Sequence record: OL539457.1 | DNA length: 51,552 nucleotides | Source: Klebsiella phage vB_KaeD_HazelMika | Reading direction: 5' to 3' (one strand) | In this document: piece after piece, positions 9,165-19,462 of the stretch | Numbering within the stretch: position 1 is the first letter of the stretch | Layout: the number at the start of each line of letters is the position of its first letter | The notes under the pieces: generated by a model | Told to the model about the DNA's origin: nothing | Database searches by the model: none | Seen by the model: only the letters and a program-made list of their open reading frames with translations | Translations under genes and position numbers: made by a program

Positions 9165-9839
9165 ATGTCTCTTCCAAATGGTTCAAAGGTATTTATCGAG
9201 CGCACCCGCGCGGCGCAGGAAATTACCGCAAGCGCGATCTCCAACGAAGAGAATCCGGTTGCAACCGTAAATTCAACAACTGGACTTGCCGTTGGTGATT
9301 TTGTGCTTGTCACGGAATCAGTATGGGCAGGCCTGAAAAACCGCGTGCTTCGTATCAAAACCGTAACCGCAGATACAAGCATCACGCTTGAAGGCGATAA
9401 GAGCACGAGCACGGTAAACCTGAACAAATACCCAGCGGGCGGCGCGTCAACTCTGGTTAAGATCACCTCCTGGATTGAAATTCCGTGCGTAAGTGATATC
9501 GCGAAATCCGGCGGCGAGCAGCAGTATTACACTAAACAGTGTTTGTCTGATGACCGCGAGCGCCAGATCCCAACCTTCAAATCTGCAACGTCGATCGCGT
9601 ACACCTTCGATTTCGACTACGCAAACCCCGTTACTGATTTGCTGATTGGTTACGATGAAGATGGGAAAACCCGCGCGCTTTACATGTTCGTGCCAAAGGC
9701 AAGCTTCCCGATCCGCGCCTTCTCCGGCGTGCCGTCATTCGATGACGTGCCGAACACGGTAATGAACGAGGATGAAACAACCATCCTGACAATCTCCCTG
9801 GACGGTAAATACGTTCACATGCAGGGCGAAGTTGACTAA
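9165..9839 (+). CDS. major tail protein
   Basis: 224 aa with RBS AAAGGAG, followed by a strong terminator. It lies upstream of the chaperone pair and the tape measure. Confidence 0.55.
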   Translation: MSLPNGSKVFIERTRAAQEITASAISNEENPVATVNSTTGLAVGDFVLVTESVWAGLKNRVLRIKTVTADTSITLEGDKSTSTVNLNKYPAGGASTLVKITSWIEIPCVSDIAKSGGEQQYYTKQCLSDDRERQIPTFKSATSIAYTFDFDYANPVTDLLIGYDEDGKTRALYMFVPKASFPIRAFSGVPSFDDVPNTVMNEDETTILTISLDGKYVHMQGEVD

Positions 9840-9845
9840 ACCGAA

Positions 9846-9873
9846 AGGGGGGCATTGCCTCCCTTTTTCTTTT
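9846..9873 (+). terminator. rho-independent terminator
   Basis: aggggggcattgcctccct followed by a T-run. Confidence 0.65.
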
Positions 9874-9913
9874 GTGATTTAATAGCGACTCAATCAAACA
9901 AGAGGATTAAACT

Positions 9914-10228
9914 ATGTCTTTCAAAGTTAAACTTTCTGAACGCCTGCCAGATTTCCCGCTTAACGTTAAATTCCAGTTACCCAACGGCGTTGAGGCTGAA
10001 ATTAAATACACCGTAAAGCACCTCAAGGCGAGTGAAATTCAAGAGCTTTACGCTCGTGAGAACGTAAAGGATCACGAGTTCATCACGGAAATTGCTTCCG
10101 GCTGGGATCTTGAGGATGAGTTTACCCCAGAGAATGCGCAAAAGCTGGTTGATAAATTCCCAGCGGCGGCGCTGGCACTGACCCAAAGTTACATGGCGGC
10201 TCTTGCTGGCGTGCGCGTAAAAAACTAA
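9914..10228 (+). CDS. tail assembly chaperone (lambda G-like)
   Basis: 104 aa, acidic, immediately upstream of the tape measure. It ends in the slippery heptamer A AAA AAC. Confidence 0.6.
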   Translation: MSFKVKLSERLPDFPLNVKFQLPNGVEAEIKYTVKHLKASEIQELYARENVKDHEFITEIASGWDLEDEFTPENAQKLVDKFPAAALALTQSYMAALAGVRVKN

Positions 10229-10245
10229 AGCGGGCTGTAACGCTG

Positions 10246-10545
10246 ATGTTCAAGCGACAGCCAACCGATCAGGAATTGGAGGATTACGGTTTAACCCGTG
10301 AGGATTACGATAATCAAGATCCTGAAATCCTCCTTTTCGATGAATCAATGTATCAGTCATGGGAAACCTTCTGTGCAATGCAAACCCAATGGCGATCGGC
10401 TGGCGCTGGTGCTTACGGCCTGGATTATAATGTGTTGCCTATGCTGTTTCGAATCTATAAAATAGATGATGAAGAAATGGCCTTAAATGATATTCGCGTT
10501 ATGGAAGGGGAAGCCCTAAAAGCAATGCGAAAACTTCAATCATAG
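10246..10545 (+). CDS. tail assembly chaperone frameshift extension (GT-like)
   Basis: The -1 frame from the AAAAAAC site at 10219-10225 runs open into this ORF with no intervening stop, as in lambda G/GT. Confidence 0.5.
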   Translation: MFKRQPTDQELEDYGLTREDYDNQDPEILLFDESMYQSWETFCAMQTQWRSAGAGAYGLDYNVLPMLFRIYKIDDEEMALNDIRVMEGEALKAMRKLQS

Positions 10546-10566
10546 CGCCTTCGGGCGCTTTTTTTA
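10544..10566 (+). terminator. rho-independent terminator
   Basis: agcgccTTCGggcgct followed by T7. Confidence 0.6.
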
Positions 10567-10578
10567 TATGGGGGTTTT

Positions 10579-13278
10579 ATGACCGACCAATACGCAGGTT
10601 TGACCCTGGGCGTTGACGTTTCCCAGGTAGACAAGGCGGTTAAATCTCTGGACGCATTCGCAGAGGCGAACGACAGAGCCGCTAAGGGCGTTGAGAGCTT
10701 CGTTGATGAGGAACAGGTTGCACGACAGAAGGCAAAAGAGTTCGGCAACGAATTGAAGAAGCAGGCCAAAGAGTTCAAAAACGTTGAGGCAGCTATTGAT
10801 CCCACCTTTGCCAAAATGCAGAAGTTGCGCGGCGCGGCGGAGCAATTAGACCAACTCTGGAAGGCGGGAGTTGTGCCAGATGAGAAATTCTTTATTCTGG
10901 GCGAAATCATCGAAAACCAGACCGTAGCACTCAATAAATCTCGCGCAGCGCTGACGGAAGAGGGTAAGGCAGCAGCAGAGAACGCCAGGAAGAAGGCTAC
11001 GGCTCAACGCGAAGCTGACAGCTTCATCAAGCAACTGACGGCGCAGGCCAACGCAGCAACGATGACCAAAAACGAACTTCTCGAACTTCGAGCGGCGGAG
11101 TTGGGAGTTACGGCGCAGGCGGCACCATTGATCGCATCGCTCAACAAGCAAACAAGTGCGCTGAATCTTTCCGGCCTTTCGGCTGGGCAGTATTCCCAGG
11201 CGATGCGAATGCTTCCGGCGCAGATCACGGACGTTGCAACATCACTTGCAGGCGGTATGCCGATTTGGTTAGTGGCAATCCAGCAGGGCGGGCAGATTAA
11301 GGACTCATTCGGCGGCGTGGCGAACACGTTCAAAGTTTTGTTGTCTTTCCTGAATCCGGTTAACGTTGGGATTGCGGCTACGGTTGGCGCGCTGGGCACG
11401 CTGATTTATGCGGTGGTCAAGGCCAAGAGCGAGATCACAGCGGCGCAAAAGGAAGTAACTGAAACGCTGGGAATGACAGGTGATTACGCTGATAAGCTGG
11501 CGTTAAACCTTCGCAACATTTCACAGGCAGCAGGTGAGACAACCGCCGAAACAGCAAAGACTTTCATCACCACGAAAGACAGCGCAGAGCAGGCGATTGA
11601 AAAGCTTATTGATGTTGGATTTAGTTACGACGAGGCGCGCCGGAAGGTTGAAACTTACAAAGGATCGTCTAACTTCACCAACATTAACGCCGACATTGAA
11701 GAGCACCGCTTACAGGTATTAGGCCTTAAAGACGCATGGAGTGACGCAGCGGAAGAGGTGAAAAACTACTACACTGGAGCGAAGGAGGGCAAGCAAAGTG
11801 TTGCTTTGGGTGGTGCGATTGATCCTATTATGCGCATTATCGAAAACGCAAAGAACTTGCAGAAGGAAACGAACCAGGCTCGAATTGAAGGTAACAAGAT
11901 TGTTAACGACACAATCAATTCAATTAACAAAGAGTACCTGGCATCGAACAAGATCGCAGCAGCGGAAAAGGCGATTGTAGACGCGAAGAAGCAGGCTAAA
12001 ATCATTTCACAATCCGGCAATGATGTTGCCATTAAGCAGGCCAACGAGCTTGTCAAGATTCGCGAGAAGGAATTGAAGCAGGCGCAGGACGCGGAAGCAA
12101 AACGCAACAAGCCAAAGAAAACATCAACTGGCGCGATCACAAAATCGCCAACCGAACAGCTTGATCGTGAGCTTTACACTCTGAAAGCGCAACTTGTGGT
12201 TATGCAGCAACACGCGAACATCAACGACAAGATCAGCAATCAGAGAAGGGCGCTATGGGCTACAGAGGCACAAATTACCGTGCTGAAAGATACCCAGGCC
12301 AAACGAGCGTTAACCAACGATGAAAAGGCGCTGTTAGCAAGTCAAGAGAAAGTGCTTGAACTTGCGAAGCAGAAAGCGGAGCTAGGCGATCAGATCTTGC
12401 AGCAGGAGCAGCTAAACGCGCTGAATGATCAATCGTTGAAGTTCGTCATGCAAATGAACGAAAGCACGAAGGCGCTGAATGACTCGCGAGCGATGGGCAA
12501 CCGTGAAGCAGAAAGGGCGGCAGAGCGTGCGAAAATCACCTCTGATTACCTGAAAAACGGCGGCGGAGCTAACGATGAGAATCTCAAGAAGATGATTCAA
12601 GCCCAGGATGAATACTACGCCGCAGAAGATGCCAAGCGTGCTGATTGGTTAGCTGGGGCGCAAAACGCCTTTGCCAACTATGGTGACGCGGCAACGGATA
12701 TGTATTCAAACGTAGGCAGCATCGCAACAAATGCTCTTAACGGAATGTCAGATATGATGACCGATTTCCTTATGACAGGGCAGGCCAACTTTGCAGACTT
12801 CGCGAAGTCAATAATTAGCCAGATCATTAAGATGATCACGCAGATGGTTATTTTCAACAGCATTTCCGGCATGATGGGCGGAGGCGGTGGTTTCTCATTC
12901 GCTAAAGGATCATACGCAACGGGCGGCTACACTGGCGACGGCGGAAAGTATGCGCCAGCGGGCGTGGTTCACCGTGGCGAGTTCGTTATGACGAAGGAGG
13001 CAACGAAGAGAATCGGCGTTGATAATCTTTACCGAATGATGCGCGGCTATGCTTCTGGCGGTTTGGTTGGTGGTTCTGGTTCCGGCGTTTCTGGCACCAA
13101 TCAGAGCAGCGGGCTTTTGTTGAACATTGGCAGCATTCCGGTTAACATCAATAACGGAAGCGATCCGGCAGGAATGGAGCAAGGGATCAGGATGATTGTT
13201 ACGCAGATGATGACGGAAGCTTGCGCGCAGGGTGGCGAAATCAATCGGTTTGTAAATGCTAAAATGGGGAACGGTTAA
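10579..13278 (+). CDS. tape measure protein
   Basis: 899 aa with a long coiled-coil-rich N-terminal two-thirds and a hydrophobic Gly-rich segment near the C-terminus. It follows the chaperone pair. Confidence 0.85.
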   Translation: MTDQYAGLTLGVDVSQVDKAVKSLDAFAEANDRAAKGVESFVDEEQVARQKAKEFGNELKKQAKEFKNVEAAIDPTFAKMQKLRGAAEQLDQLWKAGVVPDEKFFILGEIIENQTVALNKSRAALTEEGKAAAENARKKATAQREADSFIKQLTAQANAATMTKNELLELRAAELGVTAQAAPLIASLNKQTSALNLSGLSAGQYSQAMRMLPAQITDVATSLAGGMPIWLVAIQQGGQIKDSFGGVANTFKVLLSFLNPVNVGIAATVGALGTLIYAVVKAKSEITAAQKEVTETLGMTGDYADKLALNLRNISQAAGETTAETAKTFITTKDSAEQAIEKLIDVGFSYDEARRKVETYKGSSNFTNINADIEEHRLQVLGLKDAWSDAAEEVKNYYTGAKEGKQSVALGGAIDPIMRIIENAKNLQKETNQARIEGNKIVNDTINSINKEYLASNKIAAAEKAIVDAKKQAKIISQSGNDVAIKQANELVKIREKELKQAQDAEAKRNKPKKTSTGAITKSPTEQLDRELYTLKAQLVVMQQHANINDKISNQRRALWATEAQITVLKDTQAKRALTNDEKALLASQEKVLELAKQKAELGDQILQQEQLNALNDQSLKFVMQMNESTKALNDSRAMGNREAERAAERAKITSDYLKNGGGANDENLKKMIQAQDEYYAAEDAKRADWLAGAQNAFANYGDAATDMYSNVGSIATNALNGMSDMMTDFLMTGQANFADFAKSIISQIIKMITQMVIFNSISGMMGGGGGFSFAKGSYATGGYTGDGGKYAPAGVVHRGEFVMTKEATKRIGVDNLYRMMRGYASGGLVGGSGSGVSGTNQSSGLLLNIGSIPVNINNGSDPAGMEQGIRMIVTQMMTEACAQGGEINRFVNAKMGNG

Positions 13279-13280
13279 TC

Positions 13281-13628
13281 ATGGCACTTGATGTTTTTAA
13301 ATGGTGCGTGCAGGTGCAAAACGGTGGCGGCGTTATGTCCGTCACCAACAATGATCGTGAGGTGCAATTCGGTAATGGTTTTCGCCAGGTTGCATCTTCC
13401 GGCTTTAACACCGAGCGGCGCGAATACCAGATCACATACTTCGGCAAGGATTGGCAGGCGGTGCGAAAATTCCTACGGGATCACAGATTGAAGCCTTTCG
13501 CGTTTACGCCTCCGAGCGACACGATCGGCATCTTCCTTTTGAAGCCGGACACGTTAAGCACCTCACCGATCGCAAACGGTCAACTTGAAGTAAAATGCGC
13601 TATTGTGGAACAGTTCACAGCAGCGTAA
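13281..13628 (+). CDS. minor tail protein (lambda M-like)
   Basis: 115 aa immediately after the tape measure. Confidence 0.55.
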   Translation: MALDVFKWCVQVQNGGGVMSVTNNDREVQFGNGFRQVASSGFNTERREYQITYFGKDWQAVRKFLRDHRLKPFAFTPPSDTIGIFLLKPDTLSTSPIANGQLEVKCAIVEQFTAA

Positions 13629-13634
13629 AATAAA

Positions 13635-13657
13635 AGCCTCCTTATGGGGGCTTTTTT
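13635..13657 (+). terminator. stem-loop + T-run
   Basis: gcctccttatgggggc followed by TTTTTT. Confidence 0.5.
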
Positions 13658-13673
13658 ATTGGAGGTCAAAATC

Positions 13674-14435
13674 ATGGCTATGTCTCCCGCATTTGTTAAC
13701 TGCCTGCAATCACTTTACCCAGGCGAGATACTAACGCTTGTCGAAGTTGATGGCACCAAGTTTGGCGCGCAGGTCTACCGCTTCCACGGTGAAAATATCC
13801 AGTTCACGCCGGAAGAAATTCTTGCAGCAACGCAGGGCGGAACGCTGCAACCAAAAACAATCATGTTCCAGGGCAACGAATACGGCGCGCGCCCGTTCGG
13901 TATTTCTGGGATCAGCTTCAATGGCAACGGCAAGGCCGGAAAGCCGCAACTGACGCTATCGAATATTGACAGCCGCGTTTCTGCGCTCATCCGATCGTAT
14001 AACGGAATGATGCAAGCGAAGGTCAACATCTGGATTACCCAGCGCGAGCTATTGGGCGAAGATGGCAACGTTTCACCAGGCGACTTCCGAAAGCTGACGT
14101 ATTACATTGAGCGCCCCAACTTTGTTGATCCGAGCCTTGCCCGCTTCGATTTAACATCGCCTTACGATATGGATGGGATCATGATTCCGCCACGCATCAC
14201 GCAAAGCGTTTGTTTCTGGGCGCAGCGCGGCTGGTATCGTTCCGGCAGAGGTTGCGACTACAACGGCAATAAGTATTTCGACAAAGACAATAACCCTGTA
14301 AGCGATCCATCGCAGGACGTTTGCGCGGGCACTGTTACCGCCTGCAAGCTTCGCAACGGCGGTAAGAATGGCACAGAGTTTGAATTACCTTTCGGCGGCT
14401 GTGCGGTTGCTTCACTGATGAGGAAAAACCAATGA
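13674..14435 (+). CDS. minor tail protein (lambda L-like)
   Basis: RBS GGAGG precedes the start. A C-terminal cysteine cluster (CFWAQ..GCDYNG..CAGTVTAC..GGC) resembles the gpL Fe-S motif. Confidence 0.6.
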   Translation: MAMSPAFVNCLQSLYPGEILTLVEVDGTKFGAQVYRFHGENIQFTPEEILAATQGGTLQPKTIMFQGNEYGARPFGISGISFNGNGKAGKPQLTLSNIDSRVSALIRSYNGMMQAKVNIWITQRELLGEDGNVSPGDFRKLTYYIERPNFVDPSLARFDLTSPYDMDGIMIPPRITQSVCFWAQRGWYRSGRGCDYNGNKYFDKDNNPVSDPSQDVCAGTVTACKLRNGGKNGTEFELPFGGCAVASLMRKNQ

Positions 14436-15154
14436 TTCACCCTAAAATCAAGATGGCTATTTTTGAGCACGCCAAAGAAGAATATCCCCGCGAGTGTTGC
14501 GGGGTTGTCACCCAGAAAGGCCGAGTGCAGAAGTATTGGCGAGTAGATAACGTGAGTAAAGATCCCGAAAATCATTTTCAGATGGATGCAGTGCAGTACG
14601 CCAGCATTGAGGATGACGCGGAGTTAACCACGATCGCCATCGTTCACAGTCATTGCGGCGACGGCGCAACAACGCTACCCAGCGCGCATGACACCTGCAT
14701 AATGAATGAAATGCAAGTGCCCTGGGTTATCGTTAGTTTGCCGGAAGGGGATTTGCGGATTTGCGAGCCGAAAGATATCCCTCTGATTGGTCGCCCGTGG
14801 TCGCTGGGTTCGTATGATTGCTGGGGGTTGGTGATGGCGTGGCACAAAGAGCACGGCGTTGAATTGAACGACTTCCGAAAGCCTTACGAATGGTGGAAGC
14901 CGGAGCACGGCGAAAACCTTTACTTTGACAACTACATCAAAGAGGGCTTCATTGAAACTGGCAAGGCACCAGAGGCAGGCGATATGGTGATCTTTCAGCT
15001 ACAGGCCGAAGTTTGGAACCATGCAGGCATTTACGTTGGCGACAACCAAATCCTTCATCACGCCTTCGGTAAGCTGTCAAAGACGGATATTTATTCCGGC
15101 TGGTATCAAGAGCACACAAAAATGATTTGCCGACACAAGGATCTGAAACTATGA
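14432..15154 (+). CDS. tail tip protein (lambda K-like, MPN/JAB + NlpC/P60)
   Basis: JAB-type motif HSHCGDG..SAHD and a YDCWG cysteine-peptidase-like motif. Confidence 0.6.
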   Translation: MIHPKIKMAIFEHAKEEYPRECCGVVTQKGRVQKYWRVDNVSKDPENHFQMDAVQYASIEDDAELTTIAIVHSHCGDGATTLPSAHDTCIMNEMQVPWVIVSLPEGDLRICEPKDIPLIGRPWSLGSYDCWGLVMAWHKEHGVELNDFRKPYEWWKPEHGENLYFDNYIKEGFIETGKAPEAGDMVIFQLQAEVWNHAGIYVGDNQILHHAFGKLSKTDIYSGWYQEHTKMICRHKDLKL

Positions 15155-15750
15155 ACATTGTAAAAACAATCAAGCTTTCTGGCTCCCTGGGGAAACGCTT
15201 CGGCGTTTTCCACAAGTTAGCCGTTGACTCATACCCCGAAGCGATTCGGGCGCTATCCTCCCAGGTTGAAGGATTCAAAGAGTTTATGACGAGCGAGATC
15301 GGATCTCGCATGAACTTTGCAATTTTCGTTGATGGCAAAAACATTGGCGAACACGATGAGCAAAACTTTGCTTGCGCTCGTGAGGTTCGGATTATTCCAG
15401 TGCCAACGGGTTCGAAGAATGGCGGGCTTTTTCAAATTGTTGTTGGTGCAGTGATGATGGTTGCGGCATTCTACACTGGCGGCGCGTCGTTTGCGTTAAT
15501 GGGCACATTCGCAACGTCTGCCTTCATGATGGGCGGCGCGATGGTTCTGGGTGGTGTTATGCAGATGATTTCACCGCAGCAGGGCGGCGCAAAGATGGAA
15601 ATTCAGAGCAGCAAAAATAGGCCTTCTTATGCCTTCGGCGGCGCGGTGAATACCACGGCGGCTGGAAATCCGATCCCGTTACCATATGGGAAGCGAACGG
15701 TTGGCGGCGCTGTATTTTCGGCGGCGAGTATGGCAGAAGATATGGTGTAA
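15151..15750 (+). CDS. tail assembly protein (lambda I-like)
   Basis: ATGA overlap with the K-like gene. A hydrophobic Gly/Ala-rich segment is typical of gpI. Confidence 0.5.
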   Translation: MNIVKTIKLSGSLGKRFGVFHKLAVDSYPEAIRALSSQVEGFKEFMTSEIGSRMNFAIFVDGKNIGEHDEQNFACAREVRIIPVPTGSKNGGLFQIVVGAVMMVAAFYTGGASFALMGTFATSAFMMGGAMVLGGVMQMISPQQGGAKMEIQSSKNRPSYAFGGAVNTTAAGNPIPLPYGKRTVGGAVFSAASMAEDMV

Positions 15751-15756
15751 TTCAAA

Positions 15757-15779
15757 GCCCGCCTTGCGCGGGTTTTTTT
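15757..15779 (+). terminator. rho-independent terminator
   Basis: gcccgccttgcgcggg followed by T7. Confidence 0.65.
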
Positions 15780-15784
15780 ACGCC

Positions 15785-15792
15785 TGTATAAT
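15785..15792 (+). promoter_or_regulatory. extended -10 promoter TGTATAAT for J-like gene
   Basis: Same terminator plus extended -10 arrangement as at the window start. The leader at 15804-15826 contains a partial AAATAGCACGAA motif. Confidence 0.45.
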
Positions 15793-15827
15793 GAAACTTC
15801 ACTAAATAGCACGAAAGGTTAAGCACT

Positions 15828-18800
15828 ATGAAAAATAACATGATAGTGACAGGCCGGAAGGGTGGAAGCAGCAAGCCGAAAACCCCAAAGGAAATGGAAG
15901 ATAATTTAATCTCCATTAACAAAATCAAGGTATTGCTAGCCGTTTCAGATGGCGAGTGCGATCCAGATTTCTCGCTGAAAGATCTGTATTTGAATGACGT
16001 TCCGGTGATCGCGCCATCCGGCGAAGAGAACTACAAGGGAATCATTGCAGAGTTTCGCCCAGGTACGCAGACGCAGGATTACATTAAGGGCTTCACCGAC
16101 ACCGCCAGCGAAATTACAGTTTCGCGAGTGATTAAGGCCGATAACCCTTACATCATCGCCGTTACCAATAAAACGCTTTCGGCTATCAGAATCAAGATCC
16201 TTGCCCCGCGCATGGTATACACCGAATCCGATGGCGATATGGTTGGCACCAAAGTTGAATACGCGGTTGATATGGCGATTGATGGCGCAACTTATCAGCA
16301 GGTATTTAAAGACACGATCGACGGAAAAACAATGTCGGGTTACGACAGAAGCAAGCGCGTAGACCTGCCAGCTTTCAACGATCAAGTGTTGCTGCGAGTT
16401 CGCCGCATTACGGCTGATTCAACTGATGCGCGCCGCGTTGATGAAATCCAGGTTCAGTCTTACGCCGAAGTGATTGATGCCAAGTTCCGCTATCCCCTGA
16501 CGGGTTTAGTTTACGTTGAGTTTGATTCTGAAATGTTCCCGCAGATGCCGAACATTTCCGTTAAAAAGAAATGGAAACTTGTTAACGTTCCGAGCAACTA
16601 CAACCCTGTTTTGCGAGAATACGTTGGCACATGGGATGGCGTATTCAAAAAGGCGTGGACGAATAACCCAGCGTGGGTGCTGTACGATTTGATCACCAAT
16701 CAGCGCTACGGACTCGATCAAAGAGAGTTAGGCATCGCGGTTGATAAGTGGAGCCTTTACGACGCAGGCCGCTATTGCGATCAGATGGTTCCAGATGGCA
16801 AAGGTGGGATGGAGCCGCGTTATCTGTGTGATGTGGTTATTCAGTCGCAGATTGAAGCGTACAACCTCGTGCGTGATATTTGCTCAATCTTCCGAGGTAT
16901 GAGCTTTTGGAACGGTGAAAGCCTTTCCATCGTGATCGACAGGCCGCGCGAAGCGTCTTACATCTTCACGAATGATAACGTGGTTAACGGTTCATTCTCC
17001 TACACTTTCGCCAGTGAAAAGAGTATGTACACCACTTGCAACGTGACGTTTGACGATGAACAAAACATGTATCAACAGGACGTTGAAGGCGTTTTTGATC
17101 TGGAAGCCTCCGTGCGATTCGGGCACAACCCGACGAGCATCACGGCGATCGGATGCACCCGCCGAAGCGAAGCAAACCGCCGAGGGCGCTGGATTCTGAA
17201 AACGAACTTGCGCAGCACAACGGTTAACTTTGCAACTGGTCTGGAGGGGATGATTCCGATGATTGGCGACGTGATCGCAATTGAGGACAACCACTGGAGC
17301 AGCGGCAACAAGCTTTCTTTATCCGGTCGAGCGATGGAAGTTAGCGGCCTGCAAGTGTTTACTCACTTCCGAGTTGATGCGCGCCCAGGTGATTTCATCA
17401 TCGTAAACAAGCCTGATGGTAATCCGGTTCGCCGCACGATTTCGAACGTATCGGCAGACGGCAAAACGATTATGTTGAACGTTGGTTTCGGGTTTGATGT
17501 TAAGCCGAACGCAGTTTTCGCCATTGACCGCACAGACGTTACTTTGCAGCAGTACGTTGTTACGCAGATCAGCAAGGGCGATGGAAGCGATGAGTTTTGC
17601 TATTCAATCACGGCGGTTGAGTACGACCCGAACAAATACGACGAAATCGACTACGGCGTAAATATTGATGACCGACCGACAAGCATCGTTGATCCCGACA
17701 ACATGCAGCCGCCTAAAAACATTCGCGTGTCGTCTTACTCGCGAGTTGTCCAGGGCATGAGTGTTGAAACGATGGTTATCGGCTGGGATAAGGCACCGTA
17801 TGCGAGCACTTATGATGTGCAATGGCGCAAGGATAATGGCAACTGGAACAACGTTCCACGAACCGCAAACAGTGAAGTTGAGATCGAAGGAATTTACTCT
17901 GGAAACTATCACGTTCGCGTGCGGTCAATCTCAAGCGGCGATAACATGTCTCCGTGGTCTGAGGTTGTATCGGTTGGGTTGACGGGCAAGGTTGGTGAGC
18001 CAGCAACGCCAATTAACTTGACCGCAACGGATAACGAGGTGTTTGGGATTCGCGTTAAGTGGGGAATGCCTACTGGATCAGAGGACACGGCTTATATTGA
18101 GTTGCACCAATCGCCTGACGGCACGGCGCAGAATGCAAGCCTGTTAACTATGATTCCTTACCCGCAGTATGAATACTGGCACTCAATACTTCCGGCTGGC
18201 TTCGTTGATTGGTATCGAATCCGCAGTGTTGACAGGATCGGGAATGTTTCGCAATGGACAAAGTTTGTGCGCGGCATGGCCTCTGATGACGTTGATCAGA
18301 TCATGGACGTAATCAAGATTGACATTGAAAATTCCGAAGGGTTCAAGGAGCTTGCAGAAAGCACTATCGACAGCGCAAACAAGATTCGTGAGCAGGCGCA
18401 AACTGATATTCAGAACGCACTGGCTAACGATTACAATCTGATCTGGACTCGTAAGCAGAACGGCAACCGCAAGGCCGAATACGGCAAGGCAGTTGAGCTT
18501 ATCGCTACAGAAACAGAGGCGCGAGTTGCAGCAATCGAAGAGCTTAGGGCGAGCATTGGCGACGATATCCAGGGGCAGATCATCACGCTACGCGAGGCGA
18601 TCGCAACCGAGGAAGAGGCGCGAGTGAAAGCGGTTCAACAGCTTGATGTGAAATTCACAAACGGCCTGGCAAGTGCAAACGCTAACATCGGCAGGCTTGA
18701 TGAGGCGGTTGTTAACGAGCAGCAGGCGCGGGCGCAGGCGATCACCTCGCTTGATACGAAATTCACAAAACAGGTTGGCGATCTGCGAACTGAAACGCAA

Positions 18801-19430
18801 GCGGCTATCACCCGCGTTGACAAGGCAATTGCAGACGAGGCGAGCGCGCGAGCAACGGCGATCACTCAAGTTGAAGCCAAGACAACAATGGCGCAGAATA
18901 CCGCGAACAACGCTAACCAAGCGGCGGGAAATGCACAGAATACCGCTAACCAGGCGGCAGCAACGGCAAGCCAAAAGCTTGACTCCTGGGTTAATGGCAC
19001 GTCGATTGGCTCAAGCTATACGTTGAAGCTGGGCGTTAAGTACAATGGGGTTGACTACAACGCCGGAATGAATATGCAGTTGGTTGGAACGGCAGCGGCA
19101 CCGAAAGCGCAAATGCTGTTTGATGTTGACCGCTTCGCAGTGGGCAGAATCAGCGGCGGAACGCTGGCGCAATTCCCGTTTGTTATCGAAGGCGCGCAAG
19201 TATTCATGCAGTCTGTTTTCATCAAAGACGGCTCGATCACAAACGCGAAAATCGGTAATGTGATTCAGTCAAACAACTATGTTGCAGGTCAGACAGGTTG
19301 GAAGATTGACAAAAACGGTAACTTTGAGCTTAACGGCAAGGCTGGCACAGGCCGGATGGTAATTAGCAACAACATCATCCAGATCTATGACGCAAACAAC
19401 CGCCTTCGTGTTCGTATGGGATTGTGGTAA
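15828..19430 (+). CDS. host specificity / central tail fibre protein (lambda J-like)
   Basis: 1200 aa at the end of the tail tip module. The C-terminal third is coiled-coil and repeat-rich. Confidence 0.8.
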   Translation: MKNNMIVTGRKGGSSKPKTPKEMEDNLISINKIKVLLAVSDGECDPDFSLKDLYLNDVPVIAPSGEENYKGIIAEFRPGTQTQDYIKGFTDTASEITVSRVIKADNPYIIAVTNKTLSAIRIKILAPRMVYTESDGDMVGTKVEYAVDMAIDGATYQQVFKDTIDGKTMSGYDRSKRVDLPAFNDQVLLRVRRITADSTDARRVDEIQVQSYAEVIDAKFRYPLTGLVYVEFDSEMFPQMPNISVKKKWKLVNVPSNYNPVLREYVGTWDGVFKKAWTNNPAWVLYDLITNQRYGLDQRELGIAVDKWSLYDAGRYCDQMVPDGKGGMEPRYLCDVVIQSQIEAYNLVRDICSIFRGMSFWNGESLSIVIDRPREASYIFTNDNVVNGSFSYTFASEKSMYTTCNVTFDDEQNMYQQDVEGVFDLEASVRFGHNPTSITAIGCTRRSEANRRGRWILKTNLRSTTVNFATGLEGMIPMIGDVIAIEDNHWSSGNKLSLSGRAMEVSGLQVFTHFRVDARPGDFIIVNKPDGNPVRRTISNVSADGKTIMLNVGFGFDVKPNAVFAIDRTDVTLQQYVVTQISKGDGSDEFCYSITAVEYDPNKYDEIDYGVNIDDRPTSIVDPDNMQPPKNIRVSSYSRVVQGMSVETMVIGWDKAPYASTYDVQWRKDNGNWNNVPRTANSEVEIEGIYSGNYHVRVRSISSGDNMSPWSEVVSVGLTGKVGEPATPINLTATDNEVFGIRVKWGMPTGSEDTAYIELHQSPDGTAQNASLLTMIPYPQYEYWHSILPAGFVDWYRIRSVDRIGNVSQWTKFVRGMASDDVDQIMDVIKIDIENSEGFKELAESTIDSANKIREQAQTDIQNALANDYNLIWTRKQNGNRKAEYGKAVELIATETEARVAAIEELRASIGDDIQGQIITLREAIATEEEARVKAVQQLDVKFTNGLASANANIGRLDEAVVNEQQARAQAITSLDTKFTKQVGDLRTETQAAITRVDKAIADEASARATAITQVEAKTTMAQNTANNANQAAGNAQNTANQAAATASQKLDSWVNGTSIGSSYTLKLGVKYNGVDYNAGMNMQLVGTAAAPKAQMLFDVDRFAVGRISGGTLAQFPFVIEGAQVFMQSVFIKDGSITNAKIGNVIQSNNYVAGQTGWKIDKNGNFELNGKAGTGRMVISNNIIQIYDANNRLRVRMGLW

Positions 19431-19431
19431 T

Positions 19432-19462
19432 AAAAAAGGAGCCGAAAGGCTCCTTTTCTTTT
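19432..19462. terminator. bidirectional terminator
   Basis: An A-run, then aggagccgaaaggctcct, then a T-run, at a convergent gene junction. Confidence 0.7.
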
